A stretch of DNA of 64,000 bases from an uncultured virus (IMG/VR IMGVR_UViG_3300029288_000003) (IMGVR_UViG_3300029288_000003), one strand, 5' to 3'. Shown: positions 30,891 to 40,454, counted from the stretch's first letter. A program made the numbers and translations. The notes: generated by a model from the letters alone, not told the origin.

Positions 30891-31615
30891 AACCACTTAA
30901 TCAAAAATGCTACGGGAGTATCGGCCACTTGCCCGGTTCACGGGTAGGTAAAACCGATCATTATATCACTGACGGGCAGGCTCGTATTGCAACTGTTAAG
31001 GGACGAGATTGTCACGATGTAGTGATCGTGCAGGAAAAATTAGATGGCGCATGTGTCGGGGTCGCTAAAATAAATAACGAGTTAGTAGCATTGACTCGTG
31101 CTGGTAATTTGTGCGTTCGGTCGCAATTTCCTCATCATCATACTTTTGTGGAATGGATGTATCGCCACTATAATCGTTTTAATGCCCTACTTGATGAAGG
31201 CGAACGAGTTGTTGGAGAATGGTTAGCTCTTGCTCACGGGACATTATATAATAATCAACAGAAAGGTTGGGAACCTTTTGTAGCTTTTGACCTAATGAAA
31301 GGTACTGAACGATTAGTCTATCAGTTATTTAGCAGAAGGGTCAATAAATTTTTTAATACGCCACCGCTTATTTCTGAGGGCCTCCCCCGTACTATTGACT
31401 GGGTTCGAGAAGAGTGTCCTGAAAGTCGATATGGCGGTGAGCATGTTGAGGGCTACATTTGGCGGGTTGAACGAAATCCGTATGCAAAGAATGGTCCGTA
31501 TGTTGACTATCTTTGCAAATGGGTGAATCCTACTTATGTTGCAGGTAAGTATCTTCCAGAAATAAGTAATACTTTACCTGTTTGGAATTATTATGAGGCC
31601 CCGGTACGCGCATGA
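30887..31615 (+). CDS. ATP-dependent RNA ligase family protein
   Basis: QEKLDG adenylation motif, GEW, FVAFD, EGYIWR, K. Confidence 0.75.
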   Translation: MKPLNQKCYGSIGHLPGSRVGKTDHYITDGQARIATVKGRDCHDVVIVQEKLDGACVGVAKINNELVALTRAGNLCVRSQFPHHHTFVEWMYRHYNRFNALLDEGERVVGEWLALAHGTLYNNQQKGWEPFVAFDLMKGTERLVYQLFSRRVNKFFNTPPLISEGLPRTIDWVREECPESRYGGEHVEGYIWRVERNPYAKNGPYVDYLCKWVNPTYVAGKYLPEISNTLPVWNYYEAPVRA

Positions 31616-31723
31616 GCGCTGAACCCATAAAACTACCGGGCTGGCGACTGGGATGGGTAACGCCTGGACCCCTAAAGGTATTGCGGCGTGGCGTCCGCAT
31701 GTCCGGTATTGTTCCGGGGCCTC
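31595..31723. ncRNA. candidate structured RNA
   Basis: Perfect 10-bp closing stem GAGGCCCCGG/CCGGGGCCTC with nested stems; GC-rich. Confidence 0.4.
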
Positions 31724-31732
31724 TACAAAATT

Positions 31733-32233
31733 ATGTATAAATTTCTGCGCTGTAATACGGATATACGATTACCGACGCTTGAAGGTTGGTATTTAGAGGT
31801 ACAGAGGGATGATTTTGCAACAATAATGGACCTTCATCTTGGTGTGGTGTCGTCTTATTGTACACGATTTGGTAGAAACCCTCATGCTGATCCCACGAAT
31901 ATTTACAATCCTGTGCAACTGGCAAATCAATGGACTGCTATGCTTACTAAATTATTGAAACAGGATGGTAAAGTATTAGTCAATTCATGCGGCGGTTTTC
32001 TTCCCTTAACAAACATTAGAATTTTAAGTTGGATTGACGCGACTAAATTGCGTTGGCCGGATATTTATGCGGATGAAATTATTACAATTTCTCGCTGGCC
32101 CGAAGGTAGACATTATTATCTATCCAGCAATCATAATCGCATTTTTGTTCCTGCAAAATTTTCAACCTACGCAGGGGCTAGAGAATTAGCTACTGTGTAT
32201 GTCAATGCTTCACAAATAAAATCAAACGCATGA
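31733..32233 (+). CDS. hypothetical protein
   Basis: ORF; start reassigned downstream of structured region. Confidence 0.55.
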   Translation: MYKFLRCNTDIRLPTLEGWYLEVQRDDFATIMDLHLGVVSSYCTRFGRNPHADPTNIYNPVQLANQWTAMLTKLLKQDGKVLVNSCGGFLPLTNIRILSWIDATKLRWPDIYADEIITISRWPEGRHYYLSSNHNRIFVPAKFSTYAGARELATVYVNASQIKSNA

Positions 32234-33372
32234 AAATACGAATTGTGGTTTACACGACGTTATTATTTGCCATTATTGGTGGCATTTATATTAACACCTA
32301 TTCCGATGTTTATGAAACATCGCAAGCGATAATCGTGCGAAATGATACTTCGCATGTTGAATCCGGTCCCGGTAAATTTCGGTATCCAGAAGAAATGAAA
32401 AATCATCAGGAAGTCTTAGTCGAATTGGCTAGGAATATGGGCGCAAAAATCAAACCACCTAAAGGTGCAGAATTAGGTAAAACTGAAATCTGTTACCTTG
32501 TTGGCGGATCATTTTATAAATTGCAGAGACAATTTCAAAATCTGCGAGCCGCACAAGCTCGTAGTATGTTGACAGAATTGCGGGACGCTGCTAGTATTGC
32601 TAAAGCCAATTTACTCGATGCCACAACACGATTAACTAAACTTGAAAAGAAACTAGGTGGCGATCTTGCTGAGTTACGCTCTATGCAAGAATGGACAACT
32701 GGTGATAGCGCTCTACGTCGTACTGTCGAGGAACTACGCGCTAAAATAGCTGACATTAGTTGCCAAGAGAAAATTTATCAGAAACTATTGTTAGCTATTG
32801 ATAGTATGCAAGAAGCTACTTTATCTTCAAGACTCTTAGACGCCCACCCACCATTGAAAAGACTCAAGGAAGGATTATCAGAGGCACATTTACGAACGGC
32901 CACACTCTTAGGAACCTACACTGAGAATCATCCTAAAGTAATAGCGGCTGTAGAATCAGAACGAATTGTTCACGAAAAATTAAAGCATGAGTTAATTTTA
33001 GCATACGGAGGTATTAAACTTGAATGTGTCATGTTGTCAGTGACCCATAGATCATTAGACCAGCAACTAGCCACTGTAACCGCTAGATTACAGAATCTTG
33101 CGAGTTTACGGGCTGAATATGTAAACACAATTGCTGAGGTTAAAAATTATAGTAGCTTTTTGGATCAAACTCAACGTAATTTGTTTGAAGCCCAGACCCT
33201 TGTTTATAATGATAGTTTGATTCTTCGAGTAGGGGAGCCAGTAGTGTCAATTAAACAACCCGCCCGACTGGTGGTTTTCTTAACCAGTATTTTGGGTGGT
33301 ATACTCACTGGTATCGGATTAGTTTGTCTTATTTATCCGCCTGATTTGACAAAGTACAAACCTGTGATATAG
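32230..33372 (+). CDS. Wzz/Wzc(GumC)-like polysaccharide chain-length determinant, no kinase domain
   Basis: N- and C-terminal TMs, long coiled coil, YTENHPKV motif, GxxxG C-terminal helix. Confidence 0.7.
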   Translation: MKIRIVVYTTLLFAIIGGIYINTYSDVYETSQAIIVRNDTSHVESGPGKFRYPEEMKNHQEVLVELARNMGAKIKPPKGAELGKTEICYLVGGSFYKLQRQFQNLRAAQARSMLTELRDAASIAKANLLDATTRLTKLEKKLGGDLAELRSMQEWTTGDSALRRTVEELRAKIADISCQEKIYQKLLLAIDSMQEATLSSRLLDAHPPLKRLKEGLSEAHLRTATLLGTYTENHPKVIAAVESERIVHEKLKHELILAYGGIKLECVMLSVTHRSLDQQLATVTARLQNLASLRAEYVNTIAEVKNYSSFLDQTQRNLFEAQTLVYNDSLILRVGEPVVSIKQPARLVVFLTSILGGILTGIGLVCLIYPPDLTKYKPVI

Positions 33373-33381
33373 TTATGGTAT

Positions 33382-33462
33382 GGGCAGGTGGCGAAATGGC
33401 AAACGCTGGGGTCTTAAAAGCCCCTACCTGCGGGTTTGCGGGTTCGAGTCCCGCCCTGCCTA
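33382..33462 (+). tRNA. tRNA-Leu(TAA)
   Basis: GGGCAGG/CCTGCCT, loop CTTAAAA, variable arm; own promoter 33346-33373. Confidence 0.9.
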
Positions 33463-34065
33463 CTTGACAATCTAAAAATTTGAGGTATAATTAAGATATG
33501 AAGTTTGGATACCTGAATAGATTTGGTGATTACTGGTATATGCCCCGGATGGATGGCTTGAGCGTTTTTAATGCTACCACTGGGGACCGAGTAGCTGAAT
33601 GGTATGTCCATGATTCTAGGAATGAATGGAAAACATGGTCCTTTCATTGTTTAGTAAATACCTTGCCACCTGATGTGGCAAGCCGATTCGGGCATGTTGT
33701 CCGCGATTGGGAAAAGTATGTGGATGATCGGCTTGTTGAATGTTTTAATTATTCGCGTCAGGACTAACTATGCGCCCCGCTCGAATTGTCAATTATATCA
33801 CATTTGCCGCTGACCGATGTGAATTTGAACTTGAAGTAAGTTTTTGGTATACTCCTGGCGATGAATGGGATGGGCCAGAGATTGAACTGGGTAGAGTACA
33901 AAGAGTTTTAGCCATTGTAACTCCATCTGGTTTAGTGATCGAGCAGCGGTGGTTAGAACAACGTGGATTTTATGCGTGGGCAAAACAATATGCCGAGAGA
34001 GAACTTGATCGGCGTTTGCAGCCCGATAGCCGAGTTTGGTGGGATTTATTAAGGATAGCAGAAGA

Positions 34066-34212
34066 ATGTTAAGCACATTTCACTGGTTTGTAGTGGCTTT
34101 GGTGGCCTTCTTGCTCTTTGGTAACAGATTGCCGTCAGTGATGAAGTCATTGGGGCAGGGAATCAATGAGTTTAAGAAGGGATTAAACGATCCAGACGAA
34201 CCGAAGCATTGA
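34066..34212 (+). CDS. tatA: twin-arginine translocase TatA/E subunit (48 aa, absent from ORF track)
   Basis: MLSTFHWFVVALVAFLLFGNRLPSVMKSLGQGINEFKKGLNDPDEPKH: TM, FG hinge, amphipathic helix ending EFKKG. Confidence 0.88.
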   Translation: MLSTFHWFVVALVAFLLFGNRLPSVMKSLGQGINEFKKGLNDPDEPKH

Positions 34213-34427
34213 TATTGATGCCGTGGCTTGTACCACGAGAAGCAGGATTATGCCTGCCGGTTCGCATTTTTAGGAGATTTATCATGGTTACTTTTGGTCG
34301 TGTACCCTTGACGCCGGATGAACGTAAAGCCCGCCGTCGTAAGGTATTGGCGGTGTTGGGTGTGCTAACCGCGATTGGCGGCACTATTGCCGGTCTTATT
34401 GCGGCAGGCGTTGCATATTTTAAGTAA

Positions 34428-34499
34428 GCCGCTGTAGAATAGTGGTTAGTTTACCGGCCCTTCAAGTCGGATACCTGGGTTCGAGTCCCAGCAGCGGTA
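34428..34499 (+). tRNA. tRNA-Glu(TTC) with non-canonical C33
   Basis: GCCGCTG/CAGCGGT, CCGGC-CCTTCAA-GTCGG, GGTTCGAGTCC. Confidence 0.8.
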
Positions 34500-34501
34500 C
34501 T

Positions 34502-34575
34502 GTGACTGTAGCTCAATTGGTTAGAGCGGCAGGTTGTGGTCCTGCATGTTGCGGGTTCGACTCCCGCCAGTCACC
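34502..34575 (+). tRNA. tRNA-His(GTG)
   Basis: GTGACTG/CAGTCAC, GCAGG-TTGTGGT-CCTGC, C discriminator. Confidence 0.92.
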
Positions 34576-34836
34576 TTATGAATAATTATAAACTCGCGGA
34601 AATAATCAGCAGGGGTATTAGAGCAAGAGGCTACAAAAGCAAGTCTCACCGATTACATCAGTTATTCGGTGGTAAATGGATTTATGACTATAGGTGTAGT
34701 TGGTGGTGTGATGATGATAAACGCCATGTTAGCCGATGCTCAGCCGGTGTTGATGAATTTGATAATGAGGTAGGACCGCCAGAGTATTGGTTATATGGTG
34801 ATGGCGAACCGAAACGAGTTTATTTTTAGATTTTAC

Positions 34837-34864
34837 TTGACAAACTGAGTTTTTGAGATATAAT
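34837..34864 (+). promoter_or_regulatory. consensus sigma70 promoter of the Y-RNA/Ro60 unit
   Basis: TTGACA-N16-TATAAT; predicted start near 34871. Confidence 0.85.
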
Positions 34865-34871
34865 TAAGTTA

Positions 34872-34932
34872 TAGGGCCGAAGCGGCTAGGTTATCACTGT
34901 TAATGATTCCGCCTACCGCGTTCCTTGCCCTA
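34872..34932 (+). ncRNA. Y-RNA-like RNA 1
   Basis: GGGC[C]GA/TTGCCC bulged helix, GCGG.TAGG/CCTACCGC stem, TTATC loop; upstream of Ro60. Confidence 0.8.
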
Positions 34933-34942
34933 ACCGTATTTG

Positions 34943-35001
34943 TGGGCCGAAGGTAGTCGGTTATCATTACATGGCGAAACCCGATTACCACACCTTGCCC
35001 A
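34943..35001 (+). ncRNA. Y-RNA-like RNA 2
   Basis: Same fold; stem GGTAGTCGG/CCGATTACC. Confidence 0.8.
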
Positions 35002-35012
35002 TTTTGAACTTA

Positions 35013-35074
35013 GGGGCCGAAGATTATCGGTTATCAATTTGGTTTTGACGCACCCGATAGTCAACCCTTGCCCC
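35013..35074 (+). ncRNA. Y-RNA-like RNA 3
   Basis: Same fold; stem GATTATCGG/CCGATAGTC. Confidence 0.8.
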
Positions 35075-35095
35075 GCTTTTTAATTTGGAGATTTT

Positions 35096-36700
35096 ATGCA
35101 CAATTTGGCTAAGCACATTTCCGTTAAGACAACCCCTCAAAGCCGCGCTATCCCTGGTAAGAATCAGGTGCAGAATAATGCTGGCGGCTTTGTTTATTCC
35201 CTCGACTGTTGGAAGCGTTTGCAGAGATTCCTTATTCTAGGGTCAGATGGCGGAACTTATTATGCTACGGAAGCCAAGTTGACGATTGACAATGCTGGTG
35301 TGGTTGCCGAATGTGCAGCCACGGATGCACGGCGAACAGTCGATATGATTGTGGAAATTAGCCAGTCTGGTCGCGCACCGAAGAATGATGCGGCTATTCT
35401 TGCACTGGCTATTCTAGCCGCCAATGATAATGATGCTGTGCGACAATTGGCTTTGTCGGCGGTGTCAAAGGTTTGCCGTATCGGAACCCATATTTTCCAG
35501 TTTACGGCGGCATGTCGTGAATTGCGTGGTTTCGGTCGTGGGTTGCGAGAAGCAATTGCAGGCTGGTATAATGATAAGCCCGTTGCTGACCTTGCTTATC
35601 AGGTTACAAAGTATCGAAATCGTGCAGGATATACGCATAGGGATTTGTTGCGGCTAAGCCACCCCAATCCTGTCAGCGAGCAACGTGATGATTTGTACGG
35701 TTGGATTGTTGGCAAAGGTAAGAACTGGGTTGAAGCCCCTAATGTCGATGATCCTTTGGCTTACACGTATGCACTTGATCGAATCGGCGAATTGGACCCG
35801 GCAAGTTTCAGGGATGCAATCCGACTGATTGAGGACTATAATCTAGCGTTTGAGCATGTACCGACTTGCTTCTTGAATAATGCTAATGTTTGGGATGCCT
35901 TGTTGCCGAATCTCAAGCCGACTTCATTGATCCGAAATCTTGGTAAGATGACTACTGTTGGCTTGTTGAAGCCGTTGTCTAAGTCTACAAGCTATGTCTG
36001 TGAGGTCTTGAACAATGCGGAGCGAATTCGTAAGGCACGGGTACACCCACTTTCTATCTTACTGGCGCTGAATACTTATCAGCAGGGGCATGGGTTACTT
36101 GGCAATCTATCGTGGCGTCCTGTTCCTCAGATTACGTCGGCCTTGGAGTCCGCATTTTATCTGGCCTTTGATGCCGTTGAACCGACGAACAAGCGGCACT
36201 TTTTGGCTGTTGATGTTTCTGGGTCGATGGGTTGGTCATATTTGGCTAATACCCGCTTGTCGGCTCGTGAGGCTTCTGCTTGCATGTCGCTGGTGACTAG
36301 CAAGGTTGAGCCGAATACGTACACGCTTGGATTCTCGGATGAGTTGACTGATTTGGGTATCACGTCTCATTCTAATCTGAATGACGTATTGAATACGATT
36401 AAGAATCTCCGTATGCGTCGTACTGACTGTGCTTTGCCTATGATCTATGCGAAGCAGAATAAGTTGGAGGTTGATGCGTTTATTGTCTACACTGACAATG
36501 AGACATGGTTTGGGAGTATTCATCCCAGTCAGGCGCTTGACCAGTATCGTCAGGCCAGCGGTATTGATGCGAAGTTGATTGTAGCTGGTATGACGGCCAC
36601 AGGCTTCACTATTGCTGACCCCAATGATACAGGCATGTTGGATGTTGTCGGTTTTGATGCCGCTTGCCCGGCTATTATGGCGAATTTTGTGAGGTCTTGA
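35096..36700 (+). CDS. rsr: Ro60/Rsr TROVE-domain RNA-binding protein
   Basis: QVQNNAGGFV, RFLILGSDGGTYY, KYRNRAGYTHRDLLRLSHP, IRNLGKMT, VHPL, DVSGSM MIDAS, TDCALPM, TDNETW, MLDVVGFD. Confidence 0.95.
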   Translation: MHNLAKHISVKTTPQSRAIPGKNQVQNNAGGFVYSLDCWKRLQRFLILGSDGGTYYATEAKLTIDNAGVVAECAATDARRTVDMIVEISQSGRAPKNDAAILALAILAANDNDAVRQLALSAVSKVCRIGTHIFQFTAACRELRGFGRGLREAIAGWYNDKPVADLAYQVTKYRNRAGYTHRDLLRLSHPNPVSEQRDDLYGWIVGKGKNWVEAPNVDDPLAYTYALDRIGELDPASFRDAIRLIEDYNLAFEHVPTCFLNNANVWDALLPNLKPTSLIRNLGKMTTVGLLKPLSKSTSYVCEVLNNAERIRKARVHPLSILLALNTYQQGHGLLGNLSWRPVPQITSALESAFYLAFDAVEPTNKRHFLAVDVSGSMGWSYLANTRLSAREASACMSLVTSKVEPNTYTLGFSDELTDLGITSHSNLNDVLNTIKNLRMRRTDCALPMIYAKQNKLEVDAFIVYTDNETWFGSIHPSQALDQYRQASGIDAKLIVAGMTATGFTIADPNDTGMLDVVGFDAACPAIMANFVRS

Positions 36701-37536
36701 TGGAACGTCAGTGTAGAAATTGTGAGTATTATCTATCATGGGCTAATGAATGCCGTAGACATTCACCACAAACACACGAAGCGAGTGTTAAAATTAAACC
36801 TGGATTTATGAGTGGGCCAGTTGATTTGGGTACACGATTGGTTCATACGACAGTGTTTCCAAAAGTACAGGCAGCGGATTGGTGTGGAGAATTTACACTA
36901 GCAAAAGAATTCGTAAAATGATTGGTGAAAAAGCAGCATTGATAGTGCAGGCTGAGGAGCATGTTTTACAGGCTCGACGCGAACTTTATATTGCAATGAA
37001 TCGGCTACGATCTTTGGAAAATATGGTTACACCCAATGTTGCGCGTATGCTGGAAACTCTACGTATAGGTGTACAAGCCAAAATCAACGATTTGGAAATT
37101 GAGAAGTTTCAAACACGTTTACGTGTATTATGCGATGCTGGACCATAGGGTCTGTCCACGGGAAGCAGGAACAGGTGTGCCGTGGCCTCAATCACGAAGG
37201 GCCAAAATGTCATAAGACAGGCGTGTGGTGAAGGGGATTCCTGCCAGCATTATTATAGATTATGACTAGACATTGTATAAATCTTGCGTATGATGACCAG
37301 AGGCCATTTTGTATTGTTCATGCCTTAGAAGGGCATGGTTGTTGCTGCGGATACACTGGTGATGATTGCCATGTTGTTACTCTAAATGGTAAGCGTCGAA
37401 TTCAGTGCGGAGGCGAGAAGTTAGGTATCCCCACGTTAGTAGGGGTATGTCAAGACTTTGAGCCGGAGCCGTGGTTAAAAATGCATTTAGGTGTTGAGCC
37501 ACTTGACTATTCGATTTAATAAGCTATACTAGAGGT

Positions 37537-37944
37537 ATGATAGGAACAAGGACGCACGGTTGGTGGCATATTGCTGAATACCCATTGGTTGATGTTATAC
37601 GTAATCAACATCCACGATTCATTACAATTGATGGCCTAGTCTATCGCGTGAGGGCGCGAGTCGGGCGTAATCGTATCTTTCGGTCAGCCCATTGTCAATG
37701 TGCATGTTGCGGAGTAGAGTGTACACTGGCAATTTTAGACACTAGCCACATTGGATCGGGCTTGGCCTCTTTTAACATTTACAGCAGCGACGGGGCTGTT
37801 ATGCTAACACGGGATCATATTCTACCACAGTGTTTAGGTGGAACAAATGATCGACTGAATATGCAAGCCTTATGTAATCGTTGCAATCACGTTAAAGATA
37901 ATAAGACTATTAGTTTGAGGCAGTTACGTGTCCTTGTTTCGTAA
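37537..37944 (+). CDS. HNH endonuclease (leaderless)
   Basis: CACC...TRDHILP...GG...N.Q.LCNRCN..K; promoter 37503-37530. Confidence 0.8.
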   Translation: MIGTRTHGWWHIAEYPLVDVIRNQHPRFITIDGLVYRVRARVGRNRIFRSAHCQCACCGVECTLAILDTSHIGSGLASFNIYSSDGAVMLTRDHILPQCLGGTNDRLNMQALCNRCNHVKDNKTISLRQLRVLVS

Positions 37945-38172
37945 ACTTGTTACAGCAATGCGAGAAGCCGGGTATATCATGTTTACAATAAAACATGATA
38001 AAGCCAATCCTGGTGCAAGTCTGATTATAGTCGAACAAGAAATTAGTCGCTTAGGGACACACCCATCATTTTGGGACGTACTTGACCGCTTGGGCTTAGA
38101 TGGACGTTTTGGATCGGTTCGCTATCATCAAGTTAATAGAGAATTACCCGAAGGGACTTATTTGACTTTTGT

Positions 38173-38703
38173 ATGAAACGGCTATTTGATATATTGGCTA
38201 GTAGTGTCCTGTTAATTGCATTGCTGCCACTAATGATTTTAATTGCTGCCGGGGTCAAGTTGACTTCGCGTGGTCCTATTTTCTTTCGTCAAGTTAGAAT
38301 TGGCTGGTATACTGAACCCTTCCAGATTTGGAAATTTCGGACGCTTTATACCGGCAATCACGTTGGTCAAGTAACACGAAATGATCCACAAGTTACATGG
38401 TTTGGTAGATTTTTGAGGAAAACTTCTTTGGATGAGCTACCACAACTATGGAACATTCTTATCGGTGATATGTCCTTGGTTGGTCCTCGGCCATTGACGC
38501 CGAATTTTTATTACGAGTACAATATCCCTATTGAACGTAGTATTGTTCGTCCTGGGTTGACTGGCTTGGCTCAGATATTGGGCCACCGTGGAATTTGTGA
38601 CATGGCTACCCGTGTTAAATTAGATTTGGAATATAAACCATCCGTTAGCGGCGATTTGAAAATCATTATTCAAACAATACCAGTCGTGTTTACTGGGTAT
38701 TAA
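38173..38703 (+). CDS. bacterial sugar (phosphoglycosyl) transferase, PglC/WcaJ C-terminal type
   Basis: KRLFDI, KFRT, LRKTSLDELPQL.N...GDMSLVGPRP, PGLTGLAQ. Confidence 0.92.
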   Translation: MKRLFDILASSVLLIALLPLMILIAAGVKLTSRGPIFFRQVRIGWYTEPFQIWKFRTLYTGNHVGQVTRNDPQVTWFGRFLRKTSLDELPQLWNILIGDMSLVGPRPLTPNFYYEYNIPIERSIVRPGLTGLAQILGHRGICDMATRVKLDLEYKPSVSGDLKIIIQTIPVVFTGY

Positions 38704-39373
38704 AATGAAGTTAATTCTCTGTCCAAAATGTCAAGATGTAGTTAAAGGCGATTATGCGCCGCGTACTTGTAAATGTGGTGCTAGTGGACTACAATACTTA
38801 AAAGACGGTCTTAATGCCATCTATTGGGGTGAGGCAATACCACTTGGATTTGCCAACAGTACCCTAGTCAAAGCAGTTAATAATCAACCTGCTACAGGTA
38901 TGGGGCGTACTTTTGAGGCTTTTGTGATCCCTAAAGACTGTCCTACTTTTAAGAAACAATGCCCACATGAATGGTCGGGAGCCTATATCGCTAAAGATGG
39001 GTTCACTTGTAATCAAAGGTGTACAAAATGTGGTTTGACAAAGCCATATTCTGATGTATAATTGAATATGAAGGTGAACGATATAGCTATGGGAGTAGAG
39101 CATGAAACAATGTAGCTGGGTCGAGTGTGTTGCTTGTACTAAACCGATTCCTAAACCGCGAATTCGGAAATGGAACTGGATCAAGATTTATGAAAATGAT
39201 GTAGTTAATTTCTGGGTTTGCGAACAAGACTTAAAAGAGTCATTTGTGCAAGAAGCACATATTGCCTTTGGCAAGGCTCTCGATCAGGTAATACGCCTTG
39301 GGGCCTATCCAGAAGTTCTCTTTCCAGTTGTGGCCCGGCATCGTAGGGAATTGACAGTGGAGCAACAAAATCC

Positions 39374-39760
39374 ATGAGCGATGAAACGAATATCCTTGCC
39401 ATTGAGCATGTCGGTAGTAGGATAACTTGCAATCCGCCTCCAACGGATACTGACGATGACTGGTTGTATCTGGTCGTCAACATTGAAGAATTTGTCCAAA
39501 GTTTTAAGCGGGATGGATTCTATGTCGATGGCTCATTGATGGGTGGGAATATAGTTGCCGAGAATGAAGTATGTAAACATGGTCTTTTTGTCTCGATGAA
39601 ACATCCGGTTGATGATGTAAATTTGATTGCAACCTCAGACCGTGAGTTCTTTCAACGATTTCTTGCGGCTACGGCTGTTTGTCGCCGATTGAATTTGATG
39701 AATAAAACAGATCGAATTGATTTGTTTCAAGCAGTTTTATACGGAGTCGATAATGGATGA
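39374..39760 (+). CDS. minimal nucleotidyltransferase-like protein
   Basis: VGSR...TDDD (GS...DxD of the pol-beta superfamily). Confidence 0.55.
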   Translation: MSDETNILAIEHVGSRITCNPPPTDTDDDWLYLVVNIEEFVQSFKRDGFYVDGSLMGGNIVAENEVCKHGLFVSMKHPVDDVNLIATSDREFFQRFLAATAVCRRLNLMNKTDRIDLFQAVLYGVDNG

Positions 39761-40076
39761 GCAGGTAGCCACACTAAATGCTAGTGTTGCCCGCGCGTTA
39801 ATTCGGGCAATGGGTATGCAGGCTGAGAATCAAGATAGACTGGCTCGTGGTTTAGCAATAGCTTATACTGAACAGGCATTTGTTGACGTTATCAATGATG
39901 AAGGCTTGGGATATAATTCAGTACGGATTAGTCTCTATGGAAGCTAGGTGGGTGGGTCAAAAATTGACCGGGATTTTATGCCCCGTATTTGCCAGAAAAT
40001 TAAAGCGCCTTATACGGCGCACATATATGCAAAGTGGGCACAGTTAATTTGTAATTTGAGAGAGGATTGGTGTTAG

Positions 40077-40454
40077 ATGGCGGTTGAACCCCATGCAGTG
40101 ATGCGAGCAAAACACGTTTGTCAGGAGATATTGCCAGAGGAGGCATTTCTATACGCAACAATTGATGATATTACGTTGACCAAAGTAAATCGAGCCGAAT
40201 TGAAACCAAACGGTAAGGTTCAGTTATTTTTTATCAAGGATAATCGGCGTCGGCAATTAACAGTTGATGGCGATGAAATTTTGATCGTGAGTTTTCAAGA
40301 ACTTTCTGGTCAAAGTGTAGCAAGTATTTTACGTCAGGCAAGGCACGCTGCCTCTCCGTTTCGTGGATTCGGGGCACCAACACGGGCAACCGCGATGGAA
40401 CCCCACGCAACATCTGTACTAGCGGCGATGCACGGCTCAAATTTCTTTGGCTAA
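40077..40454 (+). CDS. hypothetical protein
   Basis: ORF followed by terminator. Confidence 0.55.
   Translation: MAVEPHAVMRAKHVCQEILPEEAFLYATIDDITLTKVNRAELKPNGKVQLFFIKDNRRRQLTVDGDEILIVSFQELSGQSVASILRQARHAASPFRGFGAPTRATAMEPHATSVLAAMHGSNFFG

Noticed and set aside
34221..34268. Pistol ribozyme (CGTGG-6nt-CCACG start)
   Set aside because: No downstream complement of the 6-nt loop and no conserved pistol core
34428..34499. Opal (TCA) suppressor or Sec tRNA and genetic recoding
   Set aside because: The 5-bp stem register places TTC at 34-36, there is no long variable arm, and genes translate intact with the standard code
34872..35074. Three 70-bp-period repeats as a mini CRISPR array
   Set aside because: The constant parts are split short motifs, the variable parts base-pair with each other, and there are no cas genes; a Y-RNA fold next to Ro60 explains it better
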